A DNA stretch of 64,000 nt from Eledone cirrhosa (taxonomy: Eukaryota). Below, in pieces: positions 43,232 to 56,475 of this stretch (positions within the stretch are counted from its first letter, which is position 1; each line of letters opens with the position of its first letter). The DNA is taken from assembly GCA_964016885.1 (NCBI GenBank), contig OZ024740.1, positions 377,394,001 to 377,458,000 on the forward strand, in the 5' to 3' direction. Position numbers and translations under genes: made by a program. The notes under the pieces were generated by a model. That model did not search any database and was not told the origin of the DNA. It saw nothing but the letters and a program-made list of their open reading frames with translations.

Positions 43232-46110
43232 AATATAATAATAATGAAATTATTATGTACAGTGCTCAGGTGCACTACAATTAGTCAAAGGGGCATGTAT
43301 AGTACATAGAATAATATACAAATGTCAGGGAAGTGAATAGTGTATGAGTCATGATATACATTAGGTTTAGTGTTGGCGAATCTCAGGAAGCATGGAGGTT
43401 TTAAAGGATGCAGTTTCCCGGTAGCTAATAACTGATGCAGGTAGTTTGTTCCATCCTTCAGCAACTCTGAGCGTGAAAAAATGTTTTCGTAAGTCATGGG
43501 AACTGTGCTGTTTTCTGACATTGTGGGCATGCCCACGTGTGTTAGACACATGGAAATCAAAAAGGTACTCAGGGTTGTTGTTGGCAAGATGGTTAGTAAT
43601 TTTGTGGGTGTTTACCAAGTCAGTTGCCAGATGTCGGAGCTTCAATGTATCTATGCCCAGGGAAGCAAGGCGTTCAGAGTATGGTAGATGCCTGATGGAG
43701 GGTATTCGCTTGGTTGCACGTCTCTGAACAGTTTCCAGGCGGTCAATGTTCTGAGCAAGATAGGGGTTCCAGACTGGTGATGCAAATGCTAAGTGTGACT
43801 GCATCATTGCTATATACAGCTTTAAATAGATAGCTGGAGAGCGGCTGCCAAAGGTCTTGCTGAGTGATGCTATGACACCCTCGGCCTTCTTGACAATTTT
43901 GGAGACGTGCTTCGTCCAACGCAAATCGCTGCTGACCGTAATGCCCAGGTCACGTTTACAAGAAGACTTCTTGATATTAGTGTTGTGGAGGGAGTATGTG
44001 GACGCTGGGTTTTTACTCCCAAAATGCATGGTGGTACAGTTGTCCACAACCAGCTTCAGTTGCCAGTCTGTGATCCATTGCTGCATTGTGTCCAGGACAG
44101 GTTGCAGGCAAGATCTATAGTGTTCAGGATCTGTCCTTTATATCTCAAGGTACAGCTTGATGTCATCTGCATATTTCAGTACTGTGGCATTCTTTAAGTT
44201 AGCATCTATGTCATTAATATATGCCACAAACAAAAGGGGGCCAAGAACAGATCCCTGTAGTACACCAGATGACATCTCATATGGTGAGGAATGATGTCCT
44301 AGGACCGTGACTATCTCTCTTCGACTGAGAATGAAGGACTTCAACCGGTTAAAAAGATCATCCTTCACACCCATTGCAGAGAGTTTTGCCATAAGTCTTT
44401 TGTGTGGCACAGAATTGAAAGCTTTAGCAAAGTCAAGGTAAACAACATCCACCCATGAGCCGCCATCAGTGATCCGGGTGATGTCTTCAAGAAACGTGAT
44501 AAGTTGATCACAGCAGCTGGAGTTAGGGATAAATCCAAATTGCGATGGCCGGATAAGACTGTGACAGTTCCAGAAGTTCCAAATCGTTTCTCTGACACAG
44601 GATTCCATCAGTTTGGCAATGCAGCTAGTAAGACTGACTGGACGATAGTTCACAGGTGATGTGCGGTCACCCTTTTTGAACAGAGGAATGACACTGGCAG
44701 TTTTCCACTGTTCTGGAGTAGCACCATTGTTCAGACAGAATTGGAAGAAGTGTGATAACTGGCGCAGAATGAAGTACCCACCACGTTTGAGAAGCAGGTA
44801 CGTATCACTATCAAGACCAGGAGAGGAATGGTTGCGTTTATTTTTAAGGCGACGTCGCAGCATTGCAGGTGTAAATTCCATAGTTGTAATAGAATCCGAT
44901 GTCAGAGGTTGTGGAGGCGGTACACTCTGGTCTTCAATAGTGAAAATGCCTGTATAGCATTCAGCAATGAGTTCTGCGTATTCCTTGGGGCCGTCAATAA
45001 CCTGGCTTGTGTGGGGATTGCGAAGAGGACCAACTGGAGAGTGAGGCATCTGCTTTGAGTGAACATACTTCCAGAACATCTTACTGTCAGGGCTGGTTGC
45101 TATGCGCTGCTCAAATTGAAGCATTGCCTTTTCTGTCATCTGTTTAAGATGGTTGGATGATTTATTTCGCTTCTTCCTATTGACATCTGATTTATGCAGT
45201 TTGTACTCACGTTCAGCATTACGACGTTCATTTCTAGCAAGACGGACTGCTTCAGTCTCCCAAATTGCACTTTGGGGATGTTTTTTCTGTTTATGTGGCA
45301 CCGATGCTGCACATGCTGTCCATATTGAGTTCAGGATTATCTGGAGTACACTGTCGTAGAACTTAAGCCAGTTTGGACGTTGCAACTCAGTGCCGTAACA
45401 GTTCCAGTCTGCTTTATTCCAGTCAATGTGAGCAGTTTGGAGATGGTTGTGGGTTTTGTTACTGCCCGTGAGGGATAGATTGGCAATGATCATAGCATGA
45501 TTAGAGTCACCTAAAAGTCCCTCAGTAGTAACACGAATAACCGTTTCAGGAGTAGTGGTGAAGAGTAGATCCAAAGTGTTGTCACCTCTTGTTGGGGAGG
45601 TGACTACTTGGGACCAGTTCGAGTCCAGCACTAGCTCAAGGAAGTCATTTGCACTTTGCGGCCAACGAAAGGTTTCCCAGTCAATCTCAGGGTGATTGAA
45701 GTCCCCTGCAATAAAAACATAAGCGGTTGTTTTCCTGGCAGCAACTGTGAGGATATCAAAACGTTGAGTGTCCTGATGGTAAACGACTCCAAGTAGCAGT
45801 GTTGACATGATCATACGTATATTGCAGAAAAATACTTCTTGCTGAGATTGGTTCAAATCAACACAAGGAATTGCCGAAACATTTGACCGAACGTAGACCA
45901 TTACACCACCACCACGACGAGTAATGCGGTCTTTGCGAAACAAGTTGTAGCCAGTTATGCTGAAAACCCCATCACAGAGTAAGGAATGTGCCCATGTTTC
46001 CGTGACTGTAATGAAGTCAGGGTTGATACTTTTAACGTAGGAGTCAAAAAGATGTATCTTATTGCATAGACTGCGTGCATTCAAGGACAACAATTTGTAC
46101 CTTGATTCCA
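43232..46110 (-). mobile_element. CR1-group LINE, ORF2 (APE + RT) nearly complete, with an (ATT/TAT) tail
   Basis: LNARSL, ITVTETW, GDFNHP, TRGDNTLDL, YRPVSLTS, YLDFAKAF, GVLQGSVLGPLLF, YADD; C-terminus SPVWNPY, VQRRATK, TRGH, FFTLRV..WNKLP. Stop between ORFs 44138..46093 and 43367..44086. Confidence 0.93.
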
Positions 46111-46119
46111 GTCTATAAT

Positions 46120-48733
46120 TATGTGCAGGGGATGGCAGGTTGTTCTGATTTAGTTTCCCAGAGTATCTTCAGTTTTTTTTATTGTCTGTTGTTGTGGGTA
46201 CAGTGTTTTCAGACCAGCTGGTATCTCTTTTCAATGTTTCACCAGCGTTATGAACAGAATGAAGCTATACTGGGATGAAATACATCAAGAGCTAAATCTC
46301 TTCACAGCCAATCAATTACACTAACAAGCAATGATTGTTGAATGTAAAAATAAAATAACATGAACATTATTCATTTTAAGTCCTTCAGATCGAACATGCA
46401 ATCAACAACACGTGCTACAGGCCGCCATGTTACTAGACTTTCTAGCAGACAGGATGAACTTCAACAAACAACAACAATACACGAATAGTCCCTTGAAACA
46501 ACTAAGCCAGTAAGAAATTTGACACCACGTGTATCAACTGATTATACCTCGACTGTTGTGAAAAACACTGTTAATAATAATAATAGATCTGGCATTAGCT
46601 TGGAAAATCAAGAATATAAACAATTGAAATATACCCTCAGCGAAACTATCAAACAGAAATTAATTGATGTATAAACATTTCTCTTGCAGAATGTAATACA
46701 ACAACAGTACTAAACAAAATGAAACCAAGTAATGAAATCCTGCGTGTTATTGATGAAATAGGGGTGAATATTTACAATGAATTAACACTCCTACATTTTT
46801 GGCAAATCAATGAAGCATTATCTTGGTAATAACAGAGATGTTAACAAGAACAAAACACCAACACATATACCATCATATATTACTAAAATAAAAAAAAGAT
46901 TGCTGACCTACGGAAAACTGTAGGATATGTCACAATGTTCCTTATATGCAAACAAAAACAAAAACACTACACTCCTCACTAACAAAGAGTGAAAAATAAA
47001 ATAGAAACGATGTTTGGAGACAGTACAACCAGAACTCTTCAATATTAGCTGATCACCGTCAAACAAGAATTGAAAGTTGTCACCGAGAAACATCGATACC
47101 AGAAGAGAGTGGCTGAAAGAAAAATAATTAATAAAGATTCAAACGAAACCAAACATCAGTCTGTAGAGATATGAAGGGCAAATTAATAAATGTTACTGAG
47201 GCCCCATCCCAGAAAGACAGATTCCTTCTGCGGAAAAATATGGGGTGAAAAGAAGACATTTAACCAAGTTACAGTGTAACTAAAAGAAATCCAAAAGAAC
47301 TTCTGCCCCTATGCTACAACAAAAACATAAAGAATAAATGATGATACCCTTGAGACTGTGATAGAATAACTCCAAGATAAGAAAACACCAGGAAGTAACT
47401 GATTGTCGGCTACTGGGACAAACAACTGACATTCTATCAGATGTATCTTATCAACCTCTACCAGCAAACTCTCAAGGGAGATGGACATATACCAGGGTGG
47501 TTGACATTAGCACAAACAATGTTAGACCCCAAGAACAAAGACACCCAGTAGGCAAATATCTACTGACCCATTGCATGCTTAATGTATAAAATGTATACAG
47601 CCTGCCTGAACATATTTCTCTAAGATCACTGCGAAAGTAATGACATCATCACAGATGAGCAAGCAGCTGGGAAGAAAGGTGTTTGGGGGTGTGTTGAACA
47701 AATCCTAATTAACAAAACCACGATGCCAGAGGTGCGATAACTTAAGAGCTGGACTACAGAAAAGCATTTGATTCTGTTCCCCGCTCTTGAATAATAGAGG
47801 CTCTGCGGCTTGCTAAAGTCCCAAACACTATCATCAGAGTCATAGAGAACCTATCTTCTTCTTGGGCTACTATCATAAAGTTAAAAACATAGAAGGAGGA
47901 CGTTATGTTCACTGCTAAAGTAAAATATCACAGGGGTATTTTTCAAGGAGACAGTCTCTCTGTGCTACTATTTATTCTGTCATTAAACGCCTTGTCCTTT
48001 CTGTTCAAGAAATGTGTAGGATACATAATTGGCTCGCAAGAGGACAGAAATACGAACCTAACTCAAAATTTTCTTTGTGGATGATCTGAAACTCAATGCC
48101 AAGAACATAAATGGGATGAAGAAAAATCTTGACCTGGTTACATAGTAGGAAAGAGTAGTGGTGGAATGTTCCACTCAAAACCCCAATAAAATCCAGGCAT
48201 AACAGACTAGATATAATGATATGGAACAGAGAAATGAACGCATGCACAGTAGTGGAAGTTAGCCGCCCAGCAGATGCCAATATAATATTAAAGATTACCG
48301 AAAAGGAGAATATCTATGCAGAACTAATATGGAATCTGCAGATACTTTACTCTGACTATACCTTCAGATTTATAACTGAGATTATTGGGGCACTGGGATA
48401 TGTTAGTAATGGCCTCAGTACAAATCTTGAGAAACTGGGCTTCACAGAACCAGAAGAAAACACGACTAGTTAGGAAATTACAAGTATAATCCATTAATGG
48501 AACAGTAAACATATGTAACACATTCCAAAAATTATGCTTGTAATAACTTCATATACACATGTACAGATACGAAACATATGCAGATGCACACATATAGCTC
48601 AAAAGACTCACACCCAGACATACAATAACATCCATACCTGCACATACATGCATGCATGCAGACATGCATACATATCTACCTAGTTGATGTGTAAATTCCA
48701 ATGAGAGAGTCTTGTTTCTATGTTAGAAACTGA

Positions 48734-48735
<2 letters not shown>
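46120..48735 (+). mobile_element. Decayed R4/Dong-type retrotransposon with internal deletion
   Basis: RMKLYWDEIH; AAGKKGVWGCVEQILINK; DYRKAFDSVP; GIFQGDSLSVLLF; FVDDLKL; RLE region HNRLDIMIW..VVEVS.P.D..EK..Y..IIGALG. Confidence 0.82.
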
Positions 48736-48810
<75 letters not shown>

Positions 48811-48957
48811 CAAATTACTAGCTGCTTTAAATAATCTACTTTGCAAACATTGTCTTCATATATTTAAATATAACATTTAACAAGAAAATGACTGCCTCGC
48901 ATATTTTAAAATTATCATAGTTTGTATTAATTAGAAATAATTGTATATTTAATTACA

Positions 48958-49074
<117 letters not shown>

Positions 49075-49399
49075 TATATATATATATGAAGAACCAATAT
49101 CTTTTTAATAATATTCTCATGTACAGGAGAAAAAATAACAGAATTCAGTCTATCTTTGATGTATTGAGTACAGATCGATACCATGATAAAGATTAAACCA
49201 ATATTTTCTTATCTGATGTTCATATAAACAAGCAATTAATATTTTAATAAATAAATATTAAAACGTGTTATCTTTTAGAAGAAATTATCACTAAGTAAAT
49301 GAAAGACATATTACGTCCTAAAGACCAATAAAACTTTATAATTATTTTAAGATATATATGTTTTATAAATATATTTATTTTTTTTAATTCTAAGCGTTG

Positions 49400-49504
49400 G
49401 ATAAGTCATCTGAGATATATGTTGACTCATAAGTTTTCTCGTCGGGTTTGGGTATCGAACTCACAAGCGTGAATCCATTTCCCTAACCACTAATCCACGT
49501 GCCT
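49400..49504 (-). mobile_element. tRNA-like SINE head of a different family
   Basis: Minus strand aggcacgTGGATTAGTGGttaggg...gaGTTCGATACc (A and B boxes). Confidence 0.55.
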
Positions 49505-49613
49505 ATATATATATACATACACACGCACGCATGCACGCGCACACACACACACACACATTTTGTTTATTTGTGTTCCAGTCGTGGGAATGAAGCCATGCTG
49601 GGGCACCACTACT

Positions 49614-49676
<63 letters not shown>

Positions 49677-49780
49677 AGATTCAGGACTCCGACGGCTGAG
49701 CTCCGGCTGTTTCGACAGCTAGATCCGAACTCATATATATATATATTGGAAAATGTGTGTAATCCTTGGTACAGTTAGGT

Positions 49781-50040
49781 ATATTAAGATAGGGGGAAGA
49801 AAAAATGGCTTCACTTGTGCTTTCAACAAATTTATTTTCTTCACAAAATCCAAAAAGAATTTTTCTTAAAAAAAATTATTTTATAAATTAAGTTGTTGGT
49901 TGTTGGTCCAACAACCAACAACCAACAACTTAATTTATAAAATAATTTTTTTTAAGAAAAATTCTTTTTGGATTTTGTGAAGAAAATAAATTTGTTGAAA
50001 GCACAAGTGAAGCCATTTTTTCTTCCCCCCCCCCCCTATA

Positions 50041-50047
<7 letters not shown>
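49781..50047. repeat. Fold-back palindrome (about 125-bp arms), PLE-terminus-like
   Basis: gggggaagaaaaaatggcttcacttgtgctttcaacaaatttatt...gttgttgg is mirrored almost exactly. Resembles the Neptune-like pLTR tail (gctttca..aatttatt, ggttgg repeats). Confidence 0.92.
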
Positions 50048-50079
<32 letters not shown>

Positions 50080-50133
50080 GTGAGGTTTTTTTTACAAAAT
50101 GAAAAATAACCGAGGTGTCCTACACGAGTGAAA

Positions 50134-50250
50134 GTATAAAGAAAAAGAGATGAAATCGAAAATGCAACTGGAGTCTTATTTTTTTTTATAAATATATATA
50201 TTTTTTTTTTAAATAAGACTCCAGTTGCATTTTCAATTTCATCTCTTTTT

Positions 50251-50257
<7 letters not shown>
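50134..50257. repeat. Fold-back palindrome (about 48-bp arms, AT spacer)
   Basis: tataaagaaaaagagatgaaatcgaaaatgcaactggagtcttattt and its reverse complement, one mismatch. Confidence 0.9.
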
Positions 50258-50296
<39 letters not shown>

Positions 50297-50301
<5 letters not shown>

Positions 50302-51350
50302 AAGAATGAAGAGTAACATGGTTGGTTGTACAATAAGGGGCTTTATTTTAAGTACTGACAATTGTTTCATTGATCAGGTGAGTCTTGAAGTTGCGTCACT
50401 CGATCTCCAATACATTATTTACCTCTGATCAACACATCAGAGTACGTAGATATAAAAATAATTCACTCGAAGCAAGACGTATATAGAAGAATACCGTATA
50501 ATCAAAACAATAACATCAATAATAAAATACATATGGTAAATAGGTAGAGAAGTTACAGATGTAAAAAGTAAAAAGTAAAAGATAAGATAAGAAACATTAA
50601 AAAACTAAGAAAATGGAAAATATAAAGAAATAAATAAGGATAAGTGAGAGCATGTAAGTCCAGAGTATGTTTGTGGTGGTGGTAAGTGTTCTTATAAGGA
50701 TTCTTTGGTGGGTTTAGTGCTAACATGAAAAGCCAAATTTGAAATATACATAGATACGTGTAGAGAGTCTGGTGTAGTGACAGATAAAAGAAAAAAGAAA
50801 AAGCAATAAATTAGAGATTAATTGGGGGATACAAGTATGAGATTTAAGGGCTAGGGGTGGATTGTGAAGGGAGGTTTGACAAACGTGTGTGGTAAATGTT
50901 TTGCTGATTGTCCTATCTTAATGGGGTTGATGCTGTTTCAGGGAAAGAGGGTGAAAGAGATGTTCAGAGATTTATGATCCAGTGACCTGTTGGCCGTTTG
51001 ACAGCTAATAGCAGTGTGATGGTGTAATATTCTATATGCTAAAATCTAGGTGGTCAGTTCTAATTTTTGGATGCTGGTTCGAATCATGGTGGTTTGAAGT
51101 TTGTGAATCTGGTAGCTATTTTATGCCTACAGAAAATTGATCTTTCTATTTTGCTGTTAAGCAGCATCTTATCGTACCTTAAAATATCGAGTAGTTCTAA
51201 ATTACAAAGTCCGCAGTGGGACATTCCGTTGCTGTAGGCCCTTGCTACCGATAATTTTGACCAGATAATCTTATATTCTTGATTTTTGTTTTTAAGCTGC
51301 CAGATTTTATTGGCGAGCGTCGTAGAGTTCTCCAGTCTACGTAATGGACA
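50297..51350 (-). mobile_element. 3' fragment of a Naiad-type PLE (EN C-terminus, 3' UTR, HHR) between (AT)n tracts
   Basis: 51350-51084 (-) translates PLRRLENSTTLANKIWQLK..IIWSKLSVARAYSNGMSHCGLCNLE..LLNSKIERSIFCRHK, which aligns to the Naiad at 56179-56475. Confidence 0.85.
50352..50445 (-). ncRNA. Type I hammerhead ribozyme with extended stem II (A9>U)
   Basis: gtact-CTGATGT-g-TTGATCAG..CTGATCAA-t-GAAA-CAATTG-TC-agtac, then AATAAA. Confidence 0.75.
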
Positions 51351-51353
51351 TTG

Positions 51354-51405
<52 letters not shown>

Positions 51406-51481
51406 CGAAGGAGGTGTGGTAAGGAACCAGATGGACCATAACGCACCAATGTACTCAATACTTAGGGTAGTAGAGTGGGTA

Positions 51482-51594
51482 ATAGGAAAAAGTTTAACCC
51501 CGACGGCAGAGCTCGAGCCGTTTCGACGGCTATTTCTGGACCAGAAATACCCGTCGAAACGGCTTGAGCTCTGCCGTCGGGGTTAAACTTTTCC

Positions 51595-51597
<3 letters not shown>
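51482..51597. repeat. Fold-back palindrome carrying two 3'-half hammerheads
   Basis: Centre at 51540. Each arm reads gtc-GAAA-CGGC(loop)GCCG-TC-ggggtt. A related single half-motif lies at 49690-49735. Confidence 0.88.
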
Positions 51598-51645
<48 letters not shown>

Positions 51646-51679
51646 AGATTTGAATGGATACAGTTTAGTTGAAAGGAAT

Positions 51680-51796
51680 TTATTGACACGTGTTTCTATA
51701 ACAGTTACATAACCTAAAACAGCTATCTACAAACTTTTAGTTATGCAGACATTCAATATTTCAATGTTATTGTTTACTGTCATTTCATCAGAATAA
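51680..51796 (-). ncRNA. Type I hammerhead ribozyme with ~90-nt stem II (left arm of palindrome)
   Basis: Reverse complement of 52164-52280. Confidence 0.8.
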
Positions 51797-52163
51797 TATT
51801 ACTGAGGACCTATTTAGTTTTTATAGAGAATATTAGGAGGAAGGGGTGAAGTTGTTAGAAGAATAGTTGAAGGAGTGGTTTTTCGATAGCAGTGAGAATT
51901 CTTGGTGGCAGTGATTAATTAGATTCCCATCTGTTGTTTTGACATTTTTTATAGAATATATTATTGGTTATTTTTCTAATTTAGAAAAATAACCAATAAT
52001 ATATTCTATAAAAAATGTCAAAACAACAGATGGGAATCTAATTAATCACTGCCACCAAGAATTCTCACTGCTATCGAAAAACCACTCCTTCAACTATTCT
52101 TCTAACAACTTCACCCCTTCCTCCTAATATTCTCTATAAAAACTAAATAGGTCCTCAGTAATA

Positions 52164-52280
52164 TTATTCTGATGAAATGACAGTAAACAATAACATTGAA
52201 ATATTGAATGTCTGCATAACTAAAAGTTTGTAGATAGCTGTTTTAGGTTATGTAACTGTTATAGAAACACGTGTCAATAA
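52164..52280 (+). ncRNA. Type I hammerhead ribozyme with ~90-nt stem II (right arm of palindrome)
   Basis: ttatt-CTGATGA-a-ATGACAGT...ACTGTTAT-a-GAAA-CACGTG-TC-aataa(a). The 3' strand of stem I is itself AATAAA. Confidence 0.8.
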
Positions 52281-53205
52281 ATTCCTTTCAACTAAACTGT
52301 ATCCATTCAAATCTTTCTATTTTTCTCCGGATTACTTTTGGAACTACAACTGGAACCGTCGAGCAAACTCTACGTGAGCTGATAATCTACTGTGTGTAAT
52401 ATTTATATTACAACACAACGGAAAAAACTGTATATATATATATATATATATTTAAAAGAATAGAGGTGTAACACACGAGTTATGATATATTGGTAAAAGG
52501 AAAAGAAAATGCTGACAAATTGTTCCCAGTGAAAAATAGTTTAATTAGGAATAAGTAAAAATTAGTAATAGTATTGGTTAGTATTCAGTTTGGGTTTTGA
52601 GTTTTACCGGTTGCGCATTTCTAATGCTTTTCAAAAATAATTTTGAGATAGAACGCCCGTGATGTTTGCTCTAATCTGATTAGTTTGGGAAATTCTACCT
52701 GTTTTATGTAAAAAAAAAGTGGCTCCAGATGTATGAAAAAATTCTTGTGGTCAAAACAATTTTGATTGGTCGGTAGAGGTCATGTGAATGTTAAAAATTG
52801 ATTTTGCGCCAAATGTAGGTTTGTCTCGGCTGATTGAGAAGTCACTGAAATATAAGTCTTTTAGGACAATATGTGTGTGTGTGTGTGTGTAGTAGTAGTA
52901 GTAAAGAGGTTCGTTGTTGTGATAATGGTCAGCAGGGATGTGTGTGCGAACAGCAGCCTGCTGACAGGTCAACAGTTCAAATGCCTATTAAAACAAATGT
53001 GTGTGTGTGTGTGTGTGTAGCAGAGTAATTCGTGGTAGAGGGATGGTCAGTAGGAATGTGTCTGTACGTGTGTGGGGGATATTTTAACATGTTAAAAGAT
53101 ATTTTTCAGCTCTTGTCTTATACGGAGAAGTGTGTGTGTGTGTGTATATATGTCCCTTTGTATGTTAATGTACGCGGGTGTATGTGTGTGTGTGTGTGTG
53201 AGAGA

Positions 53206-53307
<102 letters not shown>

Positions 53308-53949
53308 ACCAGTATTTTTGTGATACTGGTAAAAATGGTGTACATTATTCGATATTTTCAGTAAAAACGATTCTCTCAATAGAACATCAAAAACCTTAAT
53401 AATAAAAGGTGTGAAATAATATATAGTATTGGCATAAGACCAAGGTGTGTGTGAGTGTCCAGATTGTATGTACTGCAAGGGGAATCCATTAGGCCTTGCC
53501 GTATTGGAATACTTGTGTACAAATATGTATGTGCCCATCAGTGTGCAATGCATGTGTGCGTATATGTATGTGTGTGTGTGTCGGCACGTTTATATCTATA
53601 GACATCAAAAGGTATGCAAATTTGTGTATATTTGTGTTGCACCATAGAACATGTGTGTTTACGTATGTCATTGTGTTTATATGTGGATAGAGATGTATGT
53701 AGGATGTATGCTGATGTAGGTATGTATGTTGACGTGTGTATGTTGTGGGTTCGTCTTAGGGAGAAGTGTTTAGACGGGGTCCGTATTTGTTAATAAAGTG
53801 AGATTCCTTGCTGATGTGCTGGGTGTGGGTGGCATTATCTTTAAATTTGTAGAGGGGAAAGATTCTGAAGTTGGGGTGATTTTGGGCGGCACAGGTATGT
53901 TTGCTTTGTTATTTCTGTTTGCCTTTTGCACACACATACACACACACAC

Positions 53950-54014
<65 letters not shown>

Positions 54015-54361
54015 TGTGTATGTATATTATCGTTTTTGTATTTGTATTACATGATAATTTGATGAGACAAATTAAAAGAGATCATATTAAACTAGAAGCA
54101 GATACAGAACTCATTCATTCTTTCAATACAAATTATGAATGGAATAACAACCCCACTTTCATCACCGCTACCACCGAATAAATAACGACAACAAATAGAT
54201 ATATTTGTGTCCCTATGTTTGTGTAAGTAGGGATGTAGATATATGTGAGCACATGTATGCGTATGCATATATATGGGGAGGGTATTGATGGATGAGTGCT
54301 GATGTGTGCGTATACCATATAATTTATTAAAATATTCATGTTTATAAATGTATTCTGAGCT

Positions 54362-54866
54362 TTTCGAATATTTATAATAATATTCGATTCATTTGCAATT
54401 ATGCAAACAGCCTCTTTAAGTCTTGTCAGTAGAATGACGCCGTCATTGTTAATCCTGTGCTGGCATATAAACAGAATGGTAGGGCCCAACGTTTCTAGGT
54501 GATTACTCTTCATCAGTACCGTATACGGCTTACCTGCCAACTGTCAGAGGTAGTGAAAATATATGATATTTTCTGAAATATACAGTGACTGATCAATCTG
54601 ATTTCCATATTAGCAGATTGGCTGATCAGTCAGATCTGCATATTAGCAGACCGACTGATCAGCCAGATTTGCATATCAGCAGTTATGCCGGTCAGTTATG
54701 CCGGTCAGTTATGCCGGTCAGTTTCGAATATTAATAATAATATTCAATTCGTTTGCAATTATGCAAACAGCCTCTTTAAGCCATATCAGTAGAATGACGC
54801 CGTCATTCTTGTTCTTGTGATAGCATATAAACAGAACGGCAGTCACTAATGTTTTTGGGTGATTTA
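54362..54866. repeat. Direct repeats (about 54362-54505 and 54722-54866) enclosing 33-bp x3 and 13-bp x3 minisatellites
   Basis: tttcgaatatt..tttgcaattatgcaaacagcctctttaag..cagtagaatgacgccgtcatt occurs twice; ctgatca.....gat.tgcatat.agcag x3; agttatgccggtc x3. Confidence 0.85.
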
Positions 54867-54993
54867 TATGTATAAATATATATATATATAGTAATAATAA
54901 TAAATTTGAAGACTAAAGAGGGCTCGATGAGGATAAATATATATCAAATATATAAGAACCGTAAAGCAAATATTTATTAAAATAATAGATTAA

Positions 54994-55044
54994 AGTTTAA
55001 GCAAAGAATCGCTGCTTTCACCCTTAACGGGATCTTCTGAAACT
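54994..55044 (-). ncRNA. Hammerhead-fold RNA with variant CAGAAGA core (inverted pLTR)
   Basis: agttt-CAGAAGA-t-CCC(gttaa)GGG-t-GAAA-GCA(gcgattctt)TGC-TT-aaact. Confidence 0.72.
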
Positions 55045-55143
55045 ACCAAAGTCAATCTGTGAACGCAGAAGTGAATATTTCAAAAAACGTTGCAACCGGA
55101 GGAAGACTGGAAGACGATACTTTGGTTCGTGGAAACGTTCCCT

Positions 55144-56475
55144 TAGAGCTATCAATTTCGCTAAAACACTCACAGTGGTTAAGGATTTCGAAGTTGATGT
55201 AATCCTCAATGCCCGTAAGTCGGTGATTAATTTCGACGACTCTATTTGGATTAAAAAATCTAATAGTACCCCATTCGACGTGAGTATGGGCGCCAGCGAT
55301 TCTGCGGAGGTTACTGATCTTATCGGCCTTTTCCTTCTTTTCTCTATCAGGGACGAATTCTCCAAAGTGGGCGGTGGTTTGTACCGTGATGATGGTCTTT
55401 TGACCATGACTAAGTGCGGCCCACGTGCTTGCGACAGGTTCAGAAAAAAACTCACAGCCGCCTTTAAAGGCTTCAACCTCTCTATACAGGTTGAGGCCAA
55501 CCTCTCGGTCGTTAATTGCTTCGACGTTACCCTCAATTTATCGAATGGCTTGTATTACCCGTATAGAAAGCCGAATGATACGCTTAATTACATAAGTAAG
55601 CATTCTAACCATCCTGTCAGCATAACCAAGAACCCGGTAAGAAACGTTTCTTTGAGGCTTTCCCGTCTATCTACTAACGAACATATTTTCAACGACCATT
55701 CCACATATTGCAATGAAGCTCTTGCTCGGAGTGGATTTGTCGATAAGGTAGCATATACAGAGTACGAAATTAGACCTAGAAGAAATAAATCCCGACGCAT
55801 TATATGGTATAACCCACCATATAATATGGAGGTGGCCACACCATTAGCTAAGATCTTTCTCTCCCTTATTACGAAGCATATTCCCCCTACACATAGATAT
55901 AGTAAAATTTTTAATAGAAATACTATTAAAATTTCTTACTCTACGACTCCTAACCTTGCACATAACATCACAGCTCTAATTTAGCTAAACTACCTAGCCG
56001 TAGGAACACGTGCAACCCTGTAGTTAGTACTAACTGTAATTGTAGGAATCGGGTTGACTGCCCCCTATCCGGGAAATGCCTCTCTAGTAACATTGTCTAG
56101 AAATGTAAGGTTGAAACACCCACGTCCCGTAGGGCCTACATAGGGTTAACCGCCAATAGATTCAAGCAGCGTCTTTACATGCATACCCATTCTTTTCGTT
56201 ACCCTCTAAGAAGGAATATGACGTCACTTTCAGCTTATATCTGGAGTCTAAAAGACAACCACACCCAATATAAGTTACACTGGGAGATCCTAGCTAGGGC
56301 TAGATCGTATAACAGAAATAAAAGACCATGTGACCTCTGCGCTTTTGAGGCACTGGAAATACTCTACGCCACAGACCACATCTTAAACAAAAAATCTGAG
56401 GCAATTTCCGCTTGTAACCATAAATTGCACAAAACTTTCCTGTATTACAGCTCCACATTATACCCTAACGGATAG
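55144..56475 (+). pseudogene. Naiad-type RT + GIY-YIG endonuclease (truncated, disrupted near 55982 and 56098)
   Basis: FDVSMG, GLYRDDGL, FDVTLNL, PYRKPN, SNHP, IIWYNPPY, IFNRNTIKISYS, CNC..CPL.GKC, YIGLTANRFKQR, CDLC, LNKKSE, CNHK. Confidence 0.9.

Larger units (their letters stand above)
51640..52320. repeat. Apparently perfect palindrome, 340-bp arms, 1-nt spacer (51980)
   Basis: Paired positions sum to 103960 at every landmark checked. Confidence 0.95.

Noticed and set aside
52600-52690. GAAA-TGCGCA motif on the minus strand as another hammerhead
   Set aside because: Lacks the U of the NUH site and any upstream CUGANGA.
54588-54721. 33-bp x3 repeat as a CRISPR-like array
   Set aside because: Contiguous tandem units with no unique spacers, eukaryotic context and no cas genes.
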